A stretch of DNA of 63,812 nt, the filler included, from Reticulomyxa filosa (lineage: Eukaryota > Protista > Foraminifera): assembly GCA_000512085.1 (NCBI GenBank). It is 9 parts of 9 records of this genome, joined end to end, with 100 filler letters (N's around TTAATTAATTAA, not from the genome) between each part and the next. Parts side by side here need not be neighbours in the genome. Positions count along the whole stretch, not along the records: positions 14,767 to 31,879 come from ASPP01016376.1; positions 31,980 to 44,299 come from ASPP01000318.1; 7 more parts are not named here. One strand, written 5' to 3'. The notes below the pieces were generated by a model. It saw only the letters and a list, made by a program, of their open reading frames with translations. It did no database searches and had not been told where the DNA came from. Every line of letters begins with the position of its first letter. Position 1 is the first letter of the stretch. The position numbers and the translations under genes were made by a program. Below are positions 23,533-36,450 of this stretch, in pieces.

Positions 23533-25760
23533 TTAGGTTTGTGGAGGCTTCGGTACTTGTCGAAATTTTCTCTTTTCAAATGTTTGCTTTCGTACATGCT
23601 CAACTACTTCTCTTGTGTCTTTTTTTGGAACACGTGGCTTATCAATAGCACCAATGGATGAATCTTTTGCCTTGGGTGTATCATAGTCCACATCCGCAGC
23701 ATGCGCAGTTTCATCGTTGTTTTCTTCCCACTCACTCTTATCGTTATCATCATTCATGTCATCACTTTCCACATTTTCATGTGTATCATTCTCGTGGTGT
23801 GTTATGTCCTTTCCATTGGTCTGCGGTGTATTTTTTTTGAACGCCGACAAGTCTTTCAACGATTTGGGAGGCGCACTTTTGCGGTTTGAACGCGGTGGTG
23901 GTTGCGGAAACTTGATGCCGCCAAGGCTAGGGGTCCGGCTGTGCATATCTTCCGAGGGAGGCAATGGAGAAATTTTGGGAGAATACGTAAGCGCATTCAC
24001 CGAATTGGCTTTGGACAACGGCGGTACACTGGTATCTCTTGGCGACGATGCCATCGGAGTCGACGACTGTACCAGCAGCTTGTCTGCAAAGAATGAAGTG
24101 CGTGGCTTTGAAGTCGTCAACAAGTTGTTGTTATTATTGTTGCTTCCTCCAGGAGCCGACGATATGCTCCCTCTGGATACCCGCACGGATTCGGAGAGCT
24201 TGCGTTGATGTGCGGATTGAAACTCGTCTTTGAAGAATTCCTGGACGGGAGTGATGCGAGAAGGATCGAAGCGTTGTTCCTCTAAGCTCTCCTTCACGGT
24301 GAACACTTCATCGGGTAACACTGGAATCTCATATTCATATCGGTCATATGGCGCATATAAGCCAAATTCAGTTTCCCTGAATGTTCCCACACAAGGCAAA
24401 TGCGTGTGCGTTGTTGTTAGAGATAAAAACACATATACATATATGTATGTATATAATTTGTATAGTGTGTAAAAGTAACAATGGGCGTGCGATCAATTGA
24501 CATTCTGCAAGTGATGATAGAAATCGTGAGCTAATGTCATTCAATCGTGTAGTCCCGTCCTATGAGAAGGACATCCAATCTTATCAAACAATCAAAAAAA
24601 AAAAAGGAATGGACCTAATCAACAGTTTGAATGTGACACACTCTTTTTTTCTCTCCCTCATATCCCCTCTCTTTCATCCCTTTTGCCGTCACACAAATAC
24701 TCCAATAAAAAATGATAATTACACCTTTCCCGCTTCGTATTTCCAACATAATAATTCATTGAATTTCTTTACAAATTCCACCATGAACGCACAGCGGGTG
24801 GCTTCCATGGCCTCCAATTGTTCACATCCGTCTTTTACAACATCATTCCAAAACTCGTCCACCAGATCGTTCAGCTTATCCACATGTTCAACTACAGTTT
24901 CAAATTGTGTCTTTGTCCTTTTTTTTGTTTGTTTGTTTGTTGTTATTAGCAATTCAAAGTCTTTTTCAAAACAAAAAAATAAAATAAAAAAAGCAAAGAC
25001 AAACTTCTTGCAAGCAGCATTGACTCTTTCTGTATGTTTGTTTACTTTCTTGGTGTCTCTCTTGTTATTTTTGGCTTTCTTTTATTGATTTGTGTTTTGT
25101 TTAATTAAAAAAAAAATCAAAACATTGCATTGTCTGCGTATGGCAACAAGAATGAATATTATTCTTACGAAATAGCAAACAAATAAAAAAAAAAGCAACT
25201 TTAAGACGCGATCGACAATCACACAGTTCGTTCCACACGTTTAAGGCCTTGATTTGCTCCTGTTTGGTCGTTTGGGCGTATTTGATCATTCGATCATATC
25301 TTGTCGCGACAGTCTCTGTCAAACTTTGAAGTTTGGTGATGGCCGACTTGCGAAATGAGTACAAAGGCTCGTGTAATTCCTTATCCACCCGCAGCCAAAA
25401 TTGTTCTTCCAAACATGTCATTTTCCACTCGTGACTCATCCATTCCTCCAGTCCCACGTGTGCTCTTACTTTATCGTCTTGTTTTCCATTTTCCTCTTCG
25501 TCTCTTTTTTTGTTTATTTGCTTTTTTAAAAAATACGTATACTATTCACCTATTTAAAAAAGGGGAGGGAAAGAAATAAAATTTAAGAAGGGGGGGGAGG
25601 GGAAAAAAAAAAACTGTAGGTGTTTCGGCAAATTTAATTCAATTGTTTCGTCGTCACTCGTCACACCGTTGTCAGTTTGGTTTGTAGTTCGAGTTGCGGA
25701 TTGCCTTGTGCTGCCGGGGACCAAACTGCGACCATTGCTCAATAGTGGTTCTTCTGCCAT
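23533..25760 (-). CDS. Coiled-coil protein, possibly F-BAR/BAR-like, with Pro/Ser-rich C-terminus
   Basis: Helical exons (LHEPLYSFRKSAITKLQ..., CEQLEAMEATRCAFMVEFVKKF) resemble F-BAR helices. The tail has PQPPPR and PKPP motifs. Confidence 0.45.
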
Positions 25761-26644
25761 ATATGCTGATAATAGGCTGCGGAATTCAGTCGTTGCTTGG
25801 TTCTTTTTTTGTTATGTTTTTTATTCAAAAAAAAACACTAAGGAAAAGAGTCAAATCAGGGAGTCTATGGCATCCCTTTTTTTTCTCTCCCAAAAAAAAG
25901 ATAACAATTTATTGGTAACATGTAATCTACCCAACTTTGTGGTCAATAAACTTACGCAAGTGTTTTGTCAATCGTCGCAACTGTTGAAAATTTTCAGAAA
26001 CTTCTGCACACAAATTATTGTATTTGTGGCGCATATTTACGAACGTATTTTCTGGTGGCTTGTAAAACAATAACATATTCGAGTCCTTGTTGTCTTTGCA
26101 AAGTTCTGTTTGTTTTGTCCGCTCAGAATTTATTTCTTTGTTTGAAATGAAATGTTGGTCTGATAATAAATTTAACTGTCGACATCTTTTAAAATGGGCA
26201 TCTTTATGTCTGCCATGCTGTTAAATGCTCCCACAAGGGAAAACGTGAATGTGTAAAAAAACTTGTTTTTGAAAGCCTTTTGAAAATATAGACAAATGTG
26301 TTGGCAACAAATATAAGTTAAAAGTTCAATTGTATTACATCTGGTGAAATTACTTACTATTATTCTCTTGGATGCCCTTTCAATTTGAATTTCAAAATAG
26401 CGTGTTTTCTCTATATTTTTTTCAGCGACACTTGTATATATGAGCCAATGATGACGTACAATAGAAGTGTTGAGCATCGATAAAAATATCAATAGTGAGC
26501 AATTATTTGTTATTTGCATTTTATTTCGCCTTTTTCAAGAAAGGAACAGTTTTGTGACTCCTGTTATTCTTTTTTAGTCAAACGTCTGTTCCATAACGGA
26601 AAAAAAACTCAAAAATTTTTATTAAAAGAATAAAACGAGAGATA

Positions 26645-29171
26645 ATGCCAAAACAAACATTGACGACAATTATATTGAACCAGCCGTTGTACAAACAAGT
26701 TGGTTTTCAGAGTGGAAACGAAGAAAAAGCGGAAGCCGAAGCAAAACTAACAAACAAAGAGGCAGATACTCCCTCCTTGGGGAAAGAGGGATTTCACAAA
26801 TCGACTGGAGGAATAACGTATCTTGGATCACTTAGTCCGAGGGATATGCCCAGCCAGATCGGTGAAGAAAGGAAAGGTAACAAGGCACCGCAAAAACGAG
26901 CATTGAGTCGTGACACGAGCGAAGAGAATCAGGTGATTATCGATTGTCGTGGTGGCGTCCCACCGAATAAAAAAATGCGAACGAATGGATATAATTCCAC
27001 ATTTTCCAAGGAAGCAACTATTGGCGAAAACACGACGTGTTTGGCAACAGACAAAGCAATTGAGCGCGGCAATTTCCAAGGTATCTATCGTGTTCCATTT
27101 CAGTGAACATAAGATTTTTTTTAATGTTTCATCATTTCCATTGGAATTCTTCTCACACATTTGAACTGATGTAAAGTGAAATTAAACAAGGCAATTGTCC
27201 TGACACCGTCGCGACTACATTTTTTTTTTAAAGAAGAAAGGAGGGGAGGATGGGAGAGAGAGAGGGGGTAAAAGGGGAGACAACAACTTTTTTTGTTAAA
27301 GTTTTTTTCCCCCTCCCTCTCCTCGCTCTCTCTTGCTCTTTTGCATTGCCCCTTTAAAAAAAAAAATGGTACTGGTCCAAAGATCTAAATTAGACCAGTT
27401 GATGAAAAAGGGGCCCCTCCTTTGGACATACGTTTTTGGGTCTTGGCCAAATGTGTCGGCTAAGGAAATGGATTTACATTGAAAGTGGCTTACATACATT
27501 ATTGAATGACGGAAGAAGGAAGAGGAGGAGGGGACCTAGTAAAAATGCAAAAATGGGCGTGCGAAAATCCGAGTGGAAAGAGAGAAGAAAGACGAGGAAA
27601 AAAAAAAAGGGGTCGTAAAAAAAAAATAAATAAAAACACTCAAGCTTTCGTCGTTGATGAGACTGAATAAAATTTTCCTTTGCCTTTTTTGGGGGAATTT
27701 GTGTCGGACTTGTAAGAAATTGCACATTTTAAACGAATACGCTACAATACACACAAAGAGAATGACGAAACAAAAAAAAGTGAATAGTACAAACACAACT
27801 TACAAACAAACTTAAAAGCGATTGTGATTGTATGGTTGTTTGGCCAGGAATTGATGATGGAAATGAAAAAATTGAAGACAGTTTGTGTTTGGGTGATGTA
27901 ACCACCTCTTCTACTAAGGATGGCAATGGATGTCATGTGGATGCATGTGATGAGGATGTATTTGGATCGACGGCAACGGCAACGGCAACGGCAACTTGGA
28001 AGCAAAGGGTACTCGAGTTGTTGCGTGCAAAGCCGGCCAAGTCAAATTTAAAAAAGGGCTCCCTTTTCGGATCGTGCACTCTTCGTGTTTTGAGTTCGAA
28101 TGTCAATGGCAGGCAAGTAAGGAAGACAGAGAAGAGAGTCCATTTTGGTATTGTGGAGATATCGTTCTTTGAACAACGTGGCGGATGCGTGTCTCGTGAC
28201 GGTGTGTCCGACGAAGGCGTGTCATTACATTTGGGCAATTATATCAAAAGCGAGCGCAAAACCATTGACGAATTTGAAATGGAAAAGTCAAATGTACGTG
28301 CGCCAATGGACAGACACTGCAAACTTGCAACTCTTGATCCGCACGACGATGTTGAAGAGGAATTTTCTCTGCTGGATAGTAAGACAAAACATGTTGGGGA
28401 AATGGCAGTGAAGGAAAAAGACTTACATGGCACTTGTGGATGTCATTGCAAGTCTTCAAACATGGTATCTCAACACGAAATTATTTTGCGATTAGGAGGT
28501 AATTTTGGATACAAACAAAAACACAGTCAAAAACAGAGTATAATCCTAATCCTCCAACCAATTCGTTTCTTGTTGTTGCAATGACAGACAGTATGAATTG
28601 TCCCACACTCCCTGCAAACATTAATGCAATGGACAAAAACGGGCTGCTGCATATGTTGGATCAAATGAATTGGCCAAAGTTGAATGACAAAGATACTCTC
28701 GGCCTGGATCGTCATGCAAATGGAAATGGCGTTTGTAGTTGTGCGCATAATCATCAATCAGATTGCCACAATGAGCACAAAAGTCGTACTGGTGATGATC
28801 AGAGCAATAACAAATCCGATGGTGATGATGCATTTGATGAGGATTGTTTGGATATGGCATGCTGCATACAGCCTCCTCCGTCACAAGCCAGGTCGACTTG
28901 TGAGCCAAAACAAATATCAAATCAGGAATGGGAGACAGATCTCTGCAATTGTTCCAATCAACATACAAGAAAGGGCCAGTTTCATTTTTTTGCAAGTGTG
29001 CAATAAATTACGACGACGCAAGATCTCTCATTCGATGTAACGTAGTTTATATACATAACAAAAAAGGTATGTCGCAATTGTGATGGCATTTTATGGAATT
29101 GTGAAATTGTTCATTTGATTGGATGTGTTGCGAATTGTCCAATGCACAGAAACATATATCGTCGTCGATAA
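26645..29171 (+). CDS. CSRNP/AXUD1-like cysteine-rich protein (5' exon membership uncertain)
   Basis: KRVHFGIVEISFFEQRGGCVSRDGVSDEGVSLHLG...TIDEFEME resembles the CSRNP N-terminal motif. It is followed by CGCHCK, CSC, CC, CNCSN and a last exon VCRNCDG...RRR* ending at 29171. Confidence 0.5.
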
Positions 29172-30206
29172 ACAGAAGGAGGCCATTTCATCTGCAGTTC
29201 TAAAACCAAAGTTTGCAGGTGTAAAATATTAATAAGACATGAATAAAAAACGACTCGGCAAAATGGAAAATAATCTCGCCATGAAAACACACTGCTTTGT
29301 ACATAGCAGGAGTGAATATTGAGAGTGATAGATACTTTCCGTTGACACGAGAAAAGAAGAACCTCGTGCTTGATTTCGTGATGTTAAATTCTCATTCTGG
29401 TTGATGTTGAACCTTCTTGTGTGATTTTGGTAACTTCAACTTTTTTAATTCACGGTATCTGCAAACAAGTGGACCGTGGCAATATTGTTTCGAAAAAAAC
29501 GGTTTTTCTGGCGTCGTTGTTTCGCTTTTTGCATTGGAGAGCGTGATTTTGAAAAAAAGAATTGGTTATTTGGGCATTCAAATCCTTCACAAAAATTTGA
29601 CAAATAAAAATTCCTTACAAATTTCAGACTCATTTTTGTTCATTTCCACTTCAACTCCAAAAAACGAATCTCATATTGCTATCTGACTGGGAATGATTTT
29701 TGCGATTTATTTATTTTTCGCTTTGGGTGTTTCAAAAGCGACAAAGGAGCGGTCAATAATTCTGTACTCAACTGTTACTGATTATTTGCAAATTCTTCTT
29801 CAATAAAAAATTGTTTGAATATTGTTAATATCCATTTTTTTTCCAAATTAAAAGAAATTCTGTTTCCTTTGTTTTGCAATAAAAAAGGGGGAAATTTTGA
29901 AAACGCTTTTTGCAATAGTCGAAATTGCCTCATTTGTGTCAACTCGAACTTCGTTCCTAATTGGATGCCACTTTGTAACTTGTTTTTCTCTGCTTCTGTT
30001 AAAAAACTGTAGACGATGTACTACTCAAAAAAATAACGAACACAAAAACAACGAACAGTAGGTAAAAAAAACAAAGAAGAAGAGAATATCGACAGATGGC
30101 GAGAGAATAAGAAATAACAACGAGAGAGAGTAAATTGAGTAAAACGGATGAGAGCCAAGTTGCAGATTTGCCACAATCCTCTCATTAAATGGACAATTCA
30201 CTGAAT

Positions 30207-30885
30207 ATGACTGACAATGTTCAATATACAAATAGTACTACCGTTACTACTTTGCCGGCGGCGACCACGACAATGGGTCACAACAACACAAGTCACCGTA
30301 ACAATACCAACCATCACAATAACTGCACACCATCATTGTCGAAGATGAATAAGGATATTGAAAAGGGAGTCAAAGTGAATGTGAAAATAGACACAGATAT
30401 GAACGGAAAGAATTCGATTATGAAATGCTTTAAAGACAAGTATCCATTACAACATGTGCAAATTTCTCATTGAGCAAGCCATTCAACTTAGTTCCAATGC
30501 ACGTTCACTTTTTAAAGCATTACAACATGGAGGTTATTGTCATATGCATATTATCACTTTTGCATGCTTTTTTAAGTAAATTATTTTGCAAAGGATTTAT
30601 ATACACATATATAGTAAAGATGTGTATATTATTTATTTATTTATTTCGTTCAAATTTGAAAAGCAATAAATAATAATAAAAAAAAAGATGGCGATTGATG
30701 ACACATTGAATATGCAAAACGAAGATCGCCAAGTTCTGAAACTATTTGCTGTGAGCGTGTGGGCGACAACGACAATGGCGCAGTGGACGTACGCTTATGT
30801 ATCGAACGGCGGAATTGCAAGAGAGAAATCTGCAACACTTACACTGTGTCGACCGGACAATGAAGTTGCAACGGAGAAAGAGTGA
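30207..30885 (+). CDS. Hypothetical protein (two probable exons, frame uncertain)
   Basis: Two GC-richer blocks with open frames flank an AT-rich intron-like segment. No family recognised. Confidence 0.3.
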
Positions 30886-31223
30886 GCCAATATGTGGACT
30901 GATGCATCCCATTTGCAGCATCGACTCAATGTCCATCTCATTAGCACGACACACACAATGGTGGTTGTGATCATGGCAATCACAGCCATTATACAAATAG
31001 TAGTATCTTTTGGATACCAATATCCATCTTTGAGACTTGGTGTGTATATTTTTTCATTGGCTTAAAAAAAAATTGAAAGACAAAACATTGCTTTGATTTT
31101 AATGAAAATAAAAAATGTAACTATCAACATACAATACATACCTGCATTTTGGAGAAAGAAAAGAATGTTGAATGTAATAGAGGTCAATTATCAATATTTT
31201 TACTAAAAAGAGGATTGAGACCA

Positions 31224-31530
31224 CTATGGAAGGGGATGCAACGCATCCCTAACGCGCGCTAATATCTCATGACACACGCCACATGGCGGTTCATAGATAT
31301 GCGCGTCGTTGGAGTCGTCTTTTGTCGCAGTTGTCCACATTCGTGGACAACATCTCTCTATCTCGTTTGCAGGATCGGTTGGTATCGACGACTCGTATGA
31401 TGCATTAAGTGGTCTCGGCGTGCACAACACGTACTTCGAAGGGGCGCCACATATTATCCAATACGGTACCGGGAATAGGGAACAATCCATCACAATAATA
31501 ATCCCAATACCATCATAACAATCCAATTCC
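31224..31530 (-). CDS. Probable last exon of a gene truncated by the contig end
   Basis: GC-rich open frame with several Cys (CCPR, PCGVCHE) preceded by a T-rich tract. No family recognised. Confidence 0.3.
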
Positions 31531-31879
31531 AGGAATAAAAAAAAAAAAAAAAAAAAAAAACGTAAATAAAAAAAAACAACACACACCAATAACTAAATAC
31601 TAAAAGCAATCACTCCCTGTTTTTTTTTTTCTATTTTTTCCTTAAAAAAAAAAATCCTCATTAAACAAGAAAAAAATGACTAATGAAAAAATACAGCAAA
31701 CTAAACTAAAGCAAAGCATACCACACAAAAGCAAAGGGTACAAGAAGGAAAAAAAAAGTGCCAAGAGGGGAGGGAGGAAAAGGTGCAAGAGGGGAAAGAC
31801 ATGCACGAGGACAAAGTTGCTAAAAGTGCAACTGATACCAAAAGAATAAAAAAATTGTTAAACAAAAAAAAAAAAAAAA

Positions 31880-31979
31880 NNNNNNNNNNNNNNNNNNNNN
31901 NNNNNNNNNNNNNNNNNNNNNNNTTAATTAATTAANNNNNNNNNNNNNNNNNNNNNNNNNNNNNNNNNNNNNNNNNNNN
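31880..31979. other. Artificial contig spacer
   Basis: N44-TTAATTAATTAA-N44. Confidence 0.98.
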
Positions 31980-32086
31980 TGTGTGCGTTCATGTTTATTT
32001 TGTTTTCAATTTTTTTCTCTTTCTTGTGTTCCTCCTCCTTCTCCTCTTCCTCTTCTTCTTTCCCTTCCCCCCCCCCCCCCTTTCCC

Positions 32087-32737
32087 TCAATTGCATCCCT
32101 CCAATAAAAAACTTGTGTTTGACGAATTTGAACATTCTTTGTTTGAATGGGGCTGTAACCTTGATGCATTGCTTACATCGGTCGAATGCACAGCAAACCC
32201 AGTCAACCAATACATGACCCAACAATCCACAGTTCCAAATTTAATTGTGGCTGTTGATGTTTTTTGATCGACGACATTGTCCAAAAGCCATTTTATTTTT
32301 GGCGCACTAAAATAAGTTGACAACGGAAGTCCGCACTCTTTTCGAAATCGGTCAATTCCTAATTGATGTCCTTTCGACATCTCAGAAACAATCTTTGCTG
32401 TTCTTGTATCTTGCCAAATAATGGCATTGTGCAGTGGGGTTTTCGTTTTTTCGTCCCACAGTATCGTTGTTTCGCGTTGGTTGGTTATTCCCAAACATTT
32501 GATGTCTTGTTTTTTAAATTTGCCTGCATTCATCACTTTATCAAAACATATTTGCACTTTGTCTATTATCTCCAATGGATTTTGTTCTATCCATCCATTT
32601 TTATCTTTTTCCGGCAAAGTCAGAAGGCGTAGGGGCTCTTGATGTGACGCCACAATAGTCGATTTGTCAAAAACTATCAAGCGCACCGAAGATGTGCCAC
32701 AATCCAATGCAGCTATTAATGTAGCTGTAGTACTCAT
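32087..32737 (-). CDS. GK: Glycerol kinase (FGGY family), N-terminal part, 3'-truncated
   Basis: ALDCGTSSVRLIVFD, GWIEQNP, GITNQRETTILWD, NAIIWQDTRT, GLPLSTYFSAPKIKWLLDNV, FGTVDCW and TDVSNASR. Confidence 0.92.
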   Translation of the reverse strand: MSTTATLIAALDCGTSSVRLIVFDKSTIVASHQEPLRLLTLPEKDKNGWIEQNPLEIIDKVQICFDKVMNAGKFKKQDIKCLGITNQRETTILWDEKTKTPLHNAIIWQDTRTAKIVSEMSKGHQLGIDRFRKECGLPLSTYFSAPKIKWLLDNVVDQKTSTATIKFGTVDCWVMYWLTGFAVHSTDVSNASRLQPHSNKECSNSSNTSFLLEGCN

Positions 32738-33330
32738 GATGTCGTAATAAGTAATTCCCGCACTACAAGTGAACTTTGGAACCCCTTTATTATAACAACA
32801 CACTACTCACTTTCACGACTTGTCTTTCCTCTTTCACTTGGTGAATCTTGTTGTTTGTTTTCTCTTTTATTTAAATTATTACTCTTTTGTTTTAAATTGC
32901 TCAAAAGAGCGAAAACCTTTTGTATTACAGTTTGCGCTTCTTTCAGCAGCAGAAAACCCACATAGCCATTGACGGAATTAGTTTTTATTTTAACTATTCC
33001 GAGCCAAATTTCCAAAAGAATTATTTTACTTTCAATACGTTCATATTAAGACATTTGTCAAATGGTTTTTTTTATTTTACTTCAGATTTGCATTTACTAT
33101 GCAATTTTATTCGATATGAATACATAACATGAAAATTGTACCTTACCCTAAACAACAAAATAAAAAAGGATTCACATTTATAATTTGGAAGATAATTTCA
33201 CCGACTGCTACTTTTCAATGAAAATGCACAAATCAATTCGAAACAAGTTTATTCAACGAAATATTAACTTGCATACTTTCTCTCAGCGTGTTCAGAGCAA
33301 AACAAATGTACTTTGTAAGGTAGTGAGAGA

Positions 33331-35485
33331 TTAGTTATTGTTTAATTTGACCCAACACATTGGATTTGGAATGGCATGTGAACGGCCTTGATAGACCCAG
33401 ATGTTGTGTTCGTCTAGAACAACTTTTCCTCGCCCATCAAATTTGCCAACACAAAAAGCAGCATAAACCCCTTGATATTGCGTAATTGCAGGTAAAATAG
33501 TAAATCCATATTGGTTAGTGGGATGATATTGGTGTACATGACCACTCCACACTCCAGTCAGTACATCCGTGCCCCAATATTTACTAGGAACGATACTGGT
33601 CGCAACATCCGGATGATGCACAAATATCAAAACGCGTGCATTCGGGGACTGCGCTTTCACAAACTCGATATCACTTTCCAATGCGCTGTTTTGGCTTGGA
33701 TTTGAAGCCCCTATATCTCCGAGCATCAAACATATAATAATAAAAGACACTTATTATCATTATTATTATTATTTTTTTTTTTTAAATAAAAAACAAAAGT
33801 GCAAACCTAGATTAGAGTTTGTGACAATAACAAAGTATTGATACTTGCTGTCACTACGAGTAGGTACTTTTTTTAAATAATATCCAGTCATTTTGAAAAA
33901 GGACACAGAATCAAAAGTGTCGTTACCGAACCCTAAGCATCAACAAAAAAAAGGGATGACAGAATTGAAGTGAACGACATACATATCAATAAGTGAAAAC
34001 AAGACCAAACTGTACAATCGATTTAGACGATTGGTAACAATATTGTGATCGATCAGCTCTTGGGCCCACGCGGAGGAAACGGCCATGTTATATTCGCCAT
34101 CTCCGACGAAAATCATATTATGACGGCCGTCGTTGTTGCCCGGGGTAATAAAGATGCGATCGGCGTCAACAAGTTGCAAAGACTCGAGAATGACCTGACG
34201 GATAAGTTTGGGGACAGTGTCGAGTTGATCACTGGCAACACTTTGATTGAACAGATGCGCTTGATGATCGCCGCCATAAAAAAGCAAGGTATGTTTCAAG
34301 TCACGTTTGTCGGCCATGAGTTGGTAGGCTACCAAGGCCGATTTCCAAAAAGGCTTTGGGGCGTCTGCATATCCAGTCAATTGACACAGTGACTTGTCGT
34401 TGTCGCCATTGCGACATTCAAACATATCGTCCACACTGCCATTATCATAGCGAGATACGACATCGTCCCAATCGCCGCTTATGTTGTACCAGGGCTCCAC
34501 ATGAATATCCGACATGAATAACAAGTTCATTCCACCTTCCAAGGCTTTACATACACATTGCATACTATATACACACCAGAAAGAAAAGATACAATAAAAA
34601 ACAAAATACATACGTACACTGAAAACAAAAAAAAACAAAAAAAATTTTATTTTTTTTTTTTTAAGAAAAAACTGGAATTTAAGGGGACCACACAAGAATA
34701 ATTGCTATTGTTGTCATCATTATCATCATTGCCATTGTCATTGTCATTGGACATAACATTTCTTGCTGGCAACACGTCACCTTTTGGACTGTAAATACGC
34801 TTGGTGGAGGCCCATTCTGTCGTGGCCTCATACGGATATGCCGATCGCCCATGTACATGTAATCCGAACATGCGACTTTCCTGAGTGCATTTGCGGCAAC
34901 TCAATCGACAATGCGCGGACGATGACGACGTCTCGCAAATCTGTCGCTTCAACATACTGTCTTCCATCAAATCTGCACAGTACTGTCCTGCAAAGTCTTT
35001 CGGCACAATATCATTGCAACGAGGTCCCAAATACATTGCCAATGCAGTCTCAAACAACACTACATTGTCTGTCAATTCATCGTTCAAATTTCGTGCGGAT
35101 AGCACTGCACAATCTACAAAATTTATCTAGTTCAGATCACAACCCCCTTTTTTTTTTTTGAAGTAGGAAGGAGGGGGAAGGGAAGGTTCATTTGATGAAT
35201 ATATGGAAAAAGAGGGGACAAAATAACTGCATCTAATGAGGGAACACATGCAAATTGGTGAGGAGTAAACTGTTTATACACAGAAGCGGACTGCGGGTAG
35301 AGGTGGTCAAAATGAGATAGACGCCCCATCTTCAGCTCGGAGACTGTCACAAAACCATCTCGATTATGGTCTAGTGACGTAAACGCTTCTTTAAACTGCT
35401 CAACTATCTGAGGGCTGAGCCAATATGGTACACTTCCCAAACTTAACACAAGGAAGCTCGAAAATAACAACAATGTATGCAACAT
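33331..35485 (-). CDS. Secreted EF-hand + ShKT + calcineurin-like metallophosphoesterase (acid sphingomyelinase/endopolyphosphatase-like)
   Basis: Signal peptide MLHTLLLFSSFLVLSLG, EF-hand DHNRDGFVTVSE, six-Cys ShK-like CND...YC...IC...HCRLSCRKC, and MPP motifs SDIH, GGDH, PGNND, VHHP and SGHVH. Joining these into one gene is inferred from GT-AG introns. Confidence 0.7.
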
Positions 35486-36369
35486 TGCTGATCTCTTTGA
35501 TCCAATGGCAATATTTTTTCCAAAAAAATCCTTTTGCCGTTTTAAGCTTAACCTTGGACTACACTTTCAACTGTAGACCTAGACTTTAGCATATAAGTCT
35601 ATTGATAACGTCCATTTTATGCTGCAAGTATTTCAGAGAACGTTTTAGAGCAGCTAAATAATTCACACAAGCATTGATGTAGTTACAAAAACATATACGT
35701 GTGAAGACGCAGAAATAAATATACAACAGAATACAAAATAAAACTAAAATGGTACATTGCAGAAATAACTGTTTTTATCGACAAGAAACGACGATTTGAT
35801 TCATTTTTTTTAACAATCTTGTCACATTGTTTTTCTTTAATTAATTTTGAAATTTAGGTTGATTTTTCGTTGGGGTGACTTTGATTATTTGCAGAAAATG
35901 TTGCATTACCACAATGTAAAATACATTTTTCAAAAGCCTGAGAAAGTAGTGATTTGTTTGGAACACACAAATAATTTATTTTGAAGATAACGCATTTGCA
36001 GCAAGATGTACTGAATTATGGAAAAATCATTAATTAACTTTACTAATTTAATTAGTAATTAATTAATATTTATAAATATGATTGGTTTTAAAAAACAACA
36101 AACAAACGACAAACAACAAATGATGATAACAAGCATACCAATCCAAAATAGCAAATACTATGGACTTTACAATTCTCAAATAATACAACGATATTCCAAC
36201 TACAAATGAACAAACAAAAGTTTATACTTGACAAAAAGCAAATTCATCAATATATTATCAAACAAAAAAATAAAACGTGATAATGAATATTGAAAAATAA
36301 TTATTTTTTGACAAATTTTAACAAAAATTAAATAATACTTTAAAAGCTATCATATCAAAAAAACAATAG

Positions 36370-36450
36370 TTTTTCTGCTGAAAAAATGTTGGTCGGTTTT
36401 TTGTCAAACGATAGAGTTTTAAACTTCGCTTTTTGGTGCTTACAAAACTT
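36370..36450 (+). repeat. Dispersed non-coding repeat, copy 1
   Basis: ttttctgc...aaaaaa...ttttgtcaaacgatagagttttaaa...tttttggtgc...aaactt is similar to 62271-62352. Confidence 0.65.
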
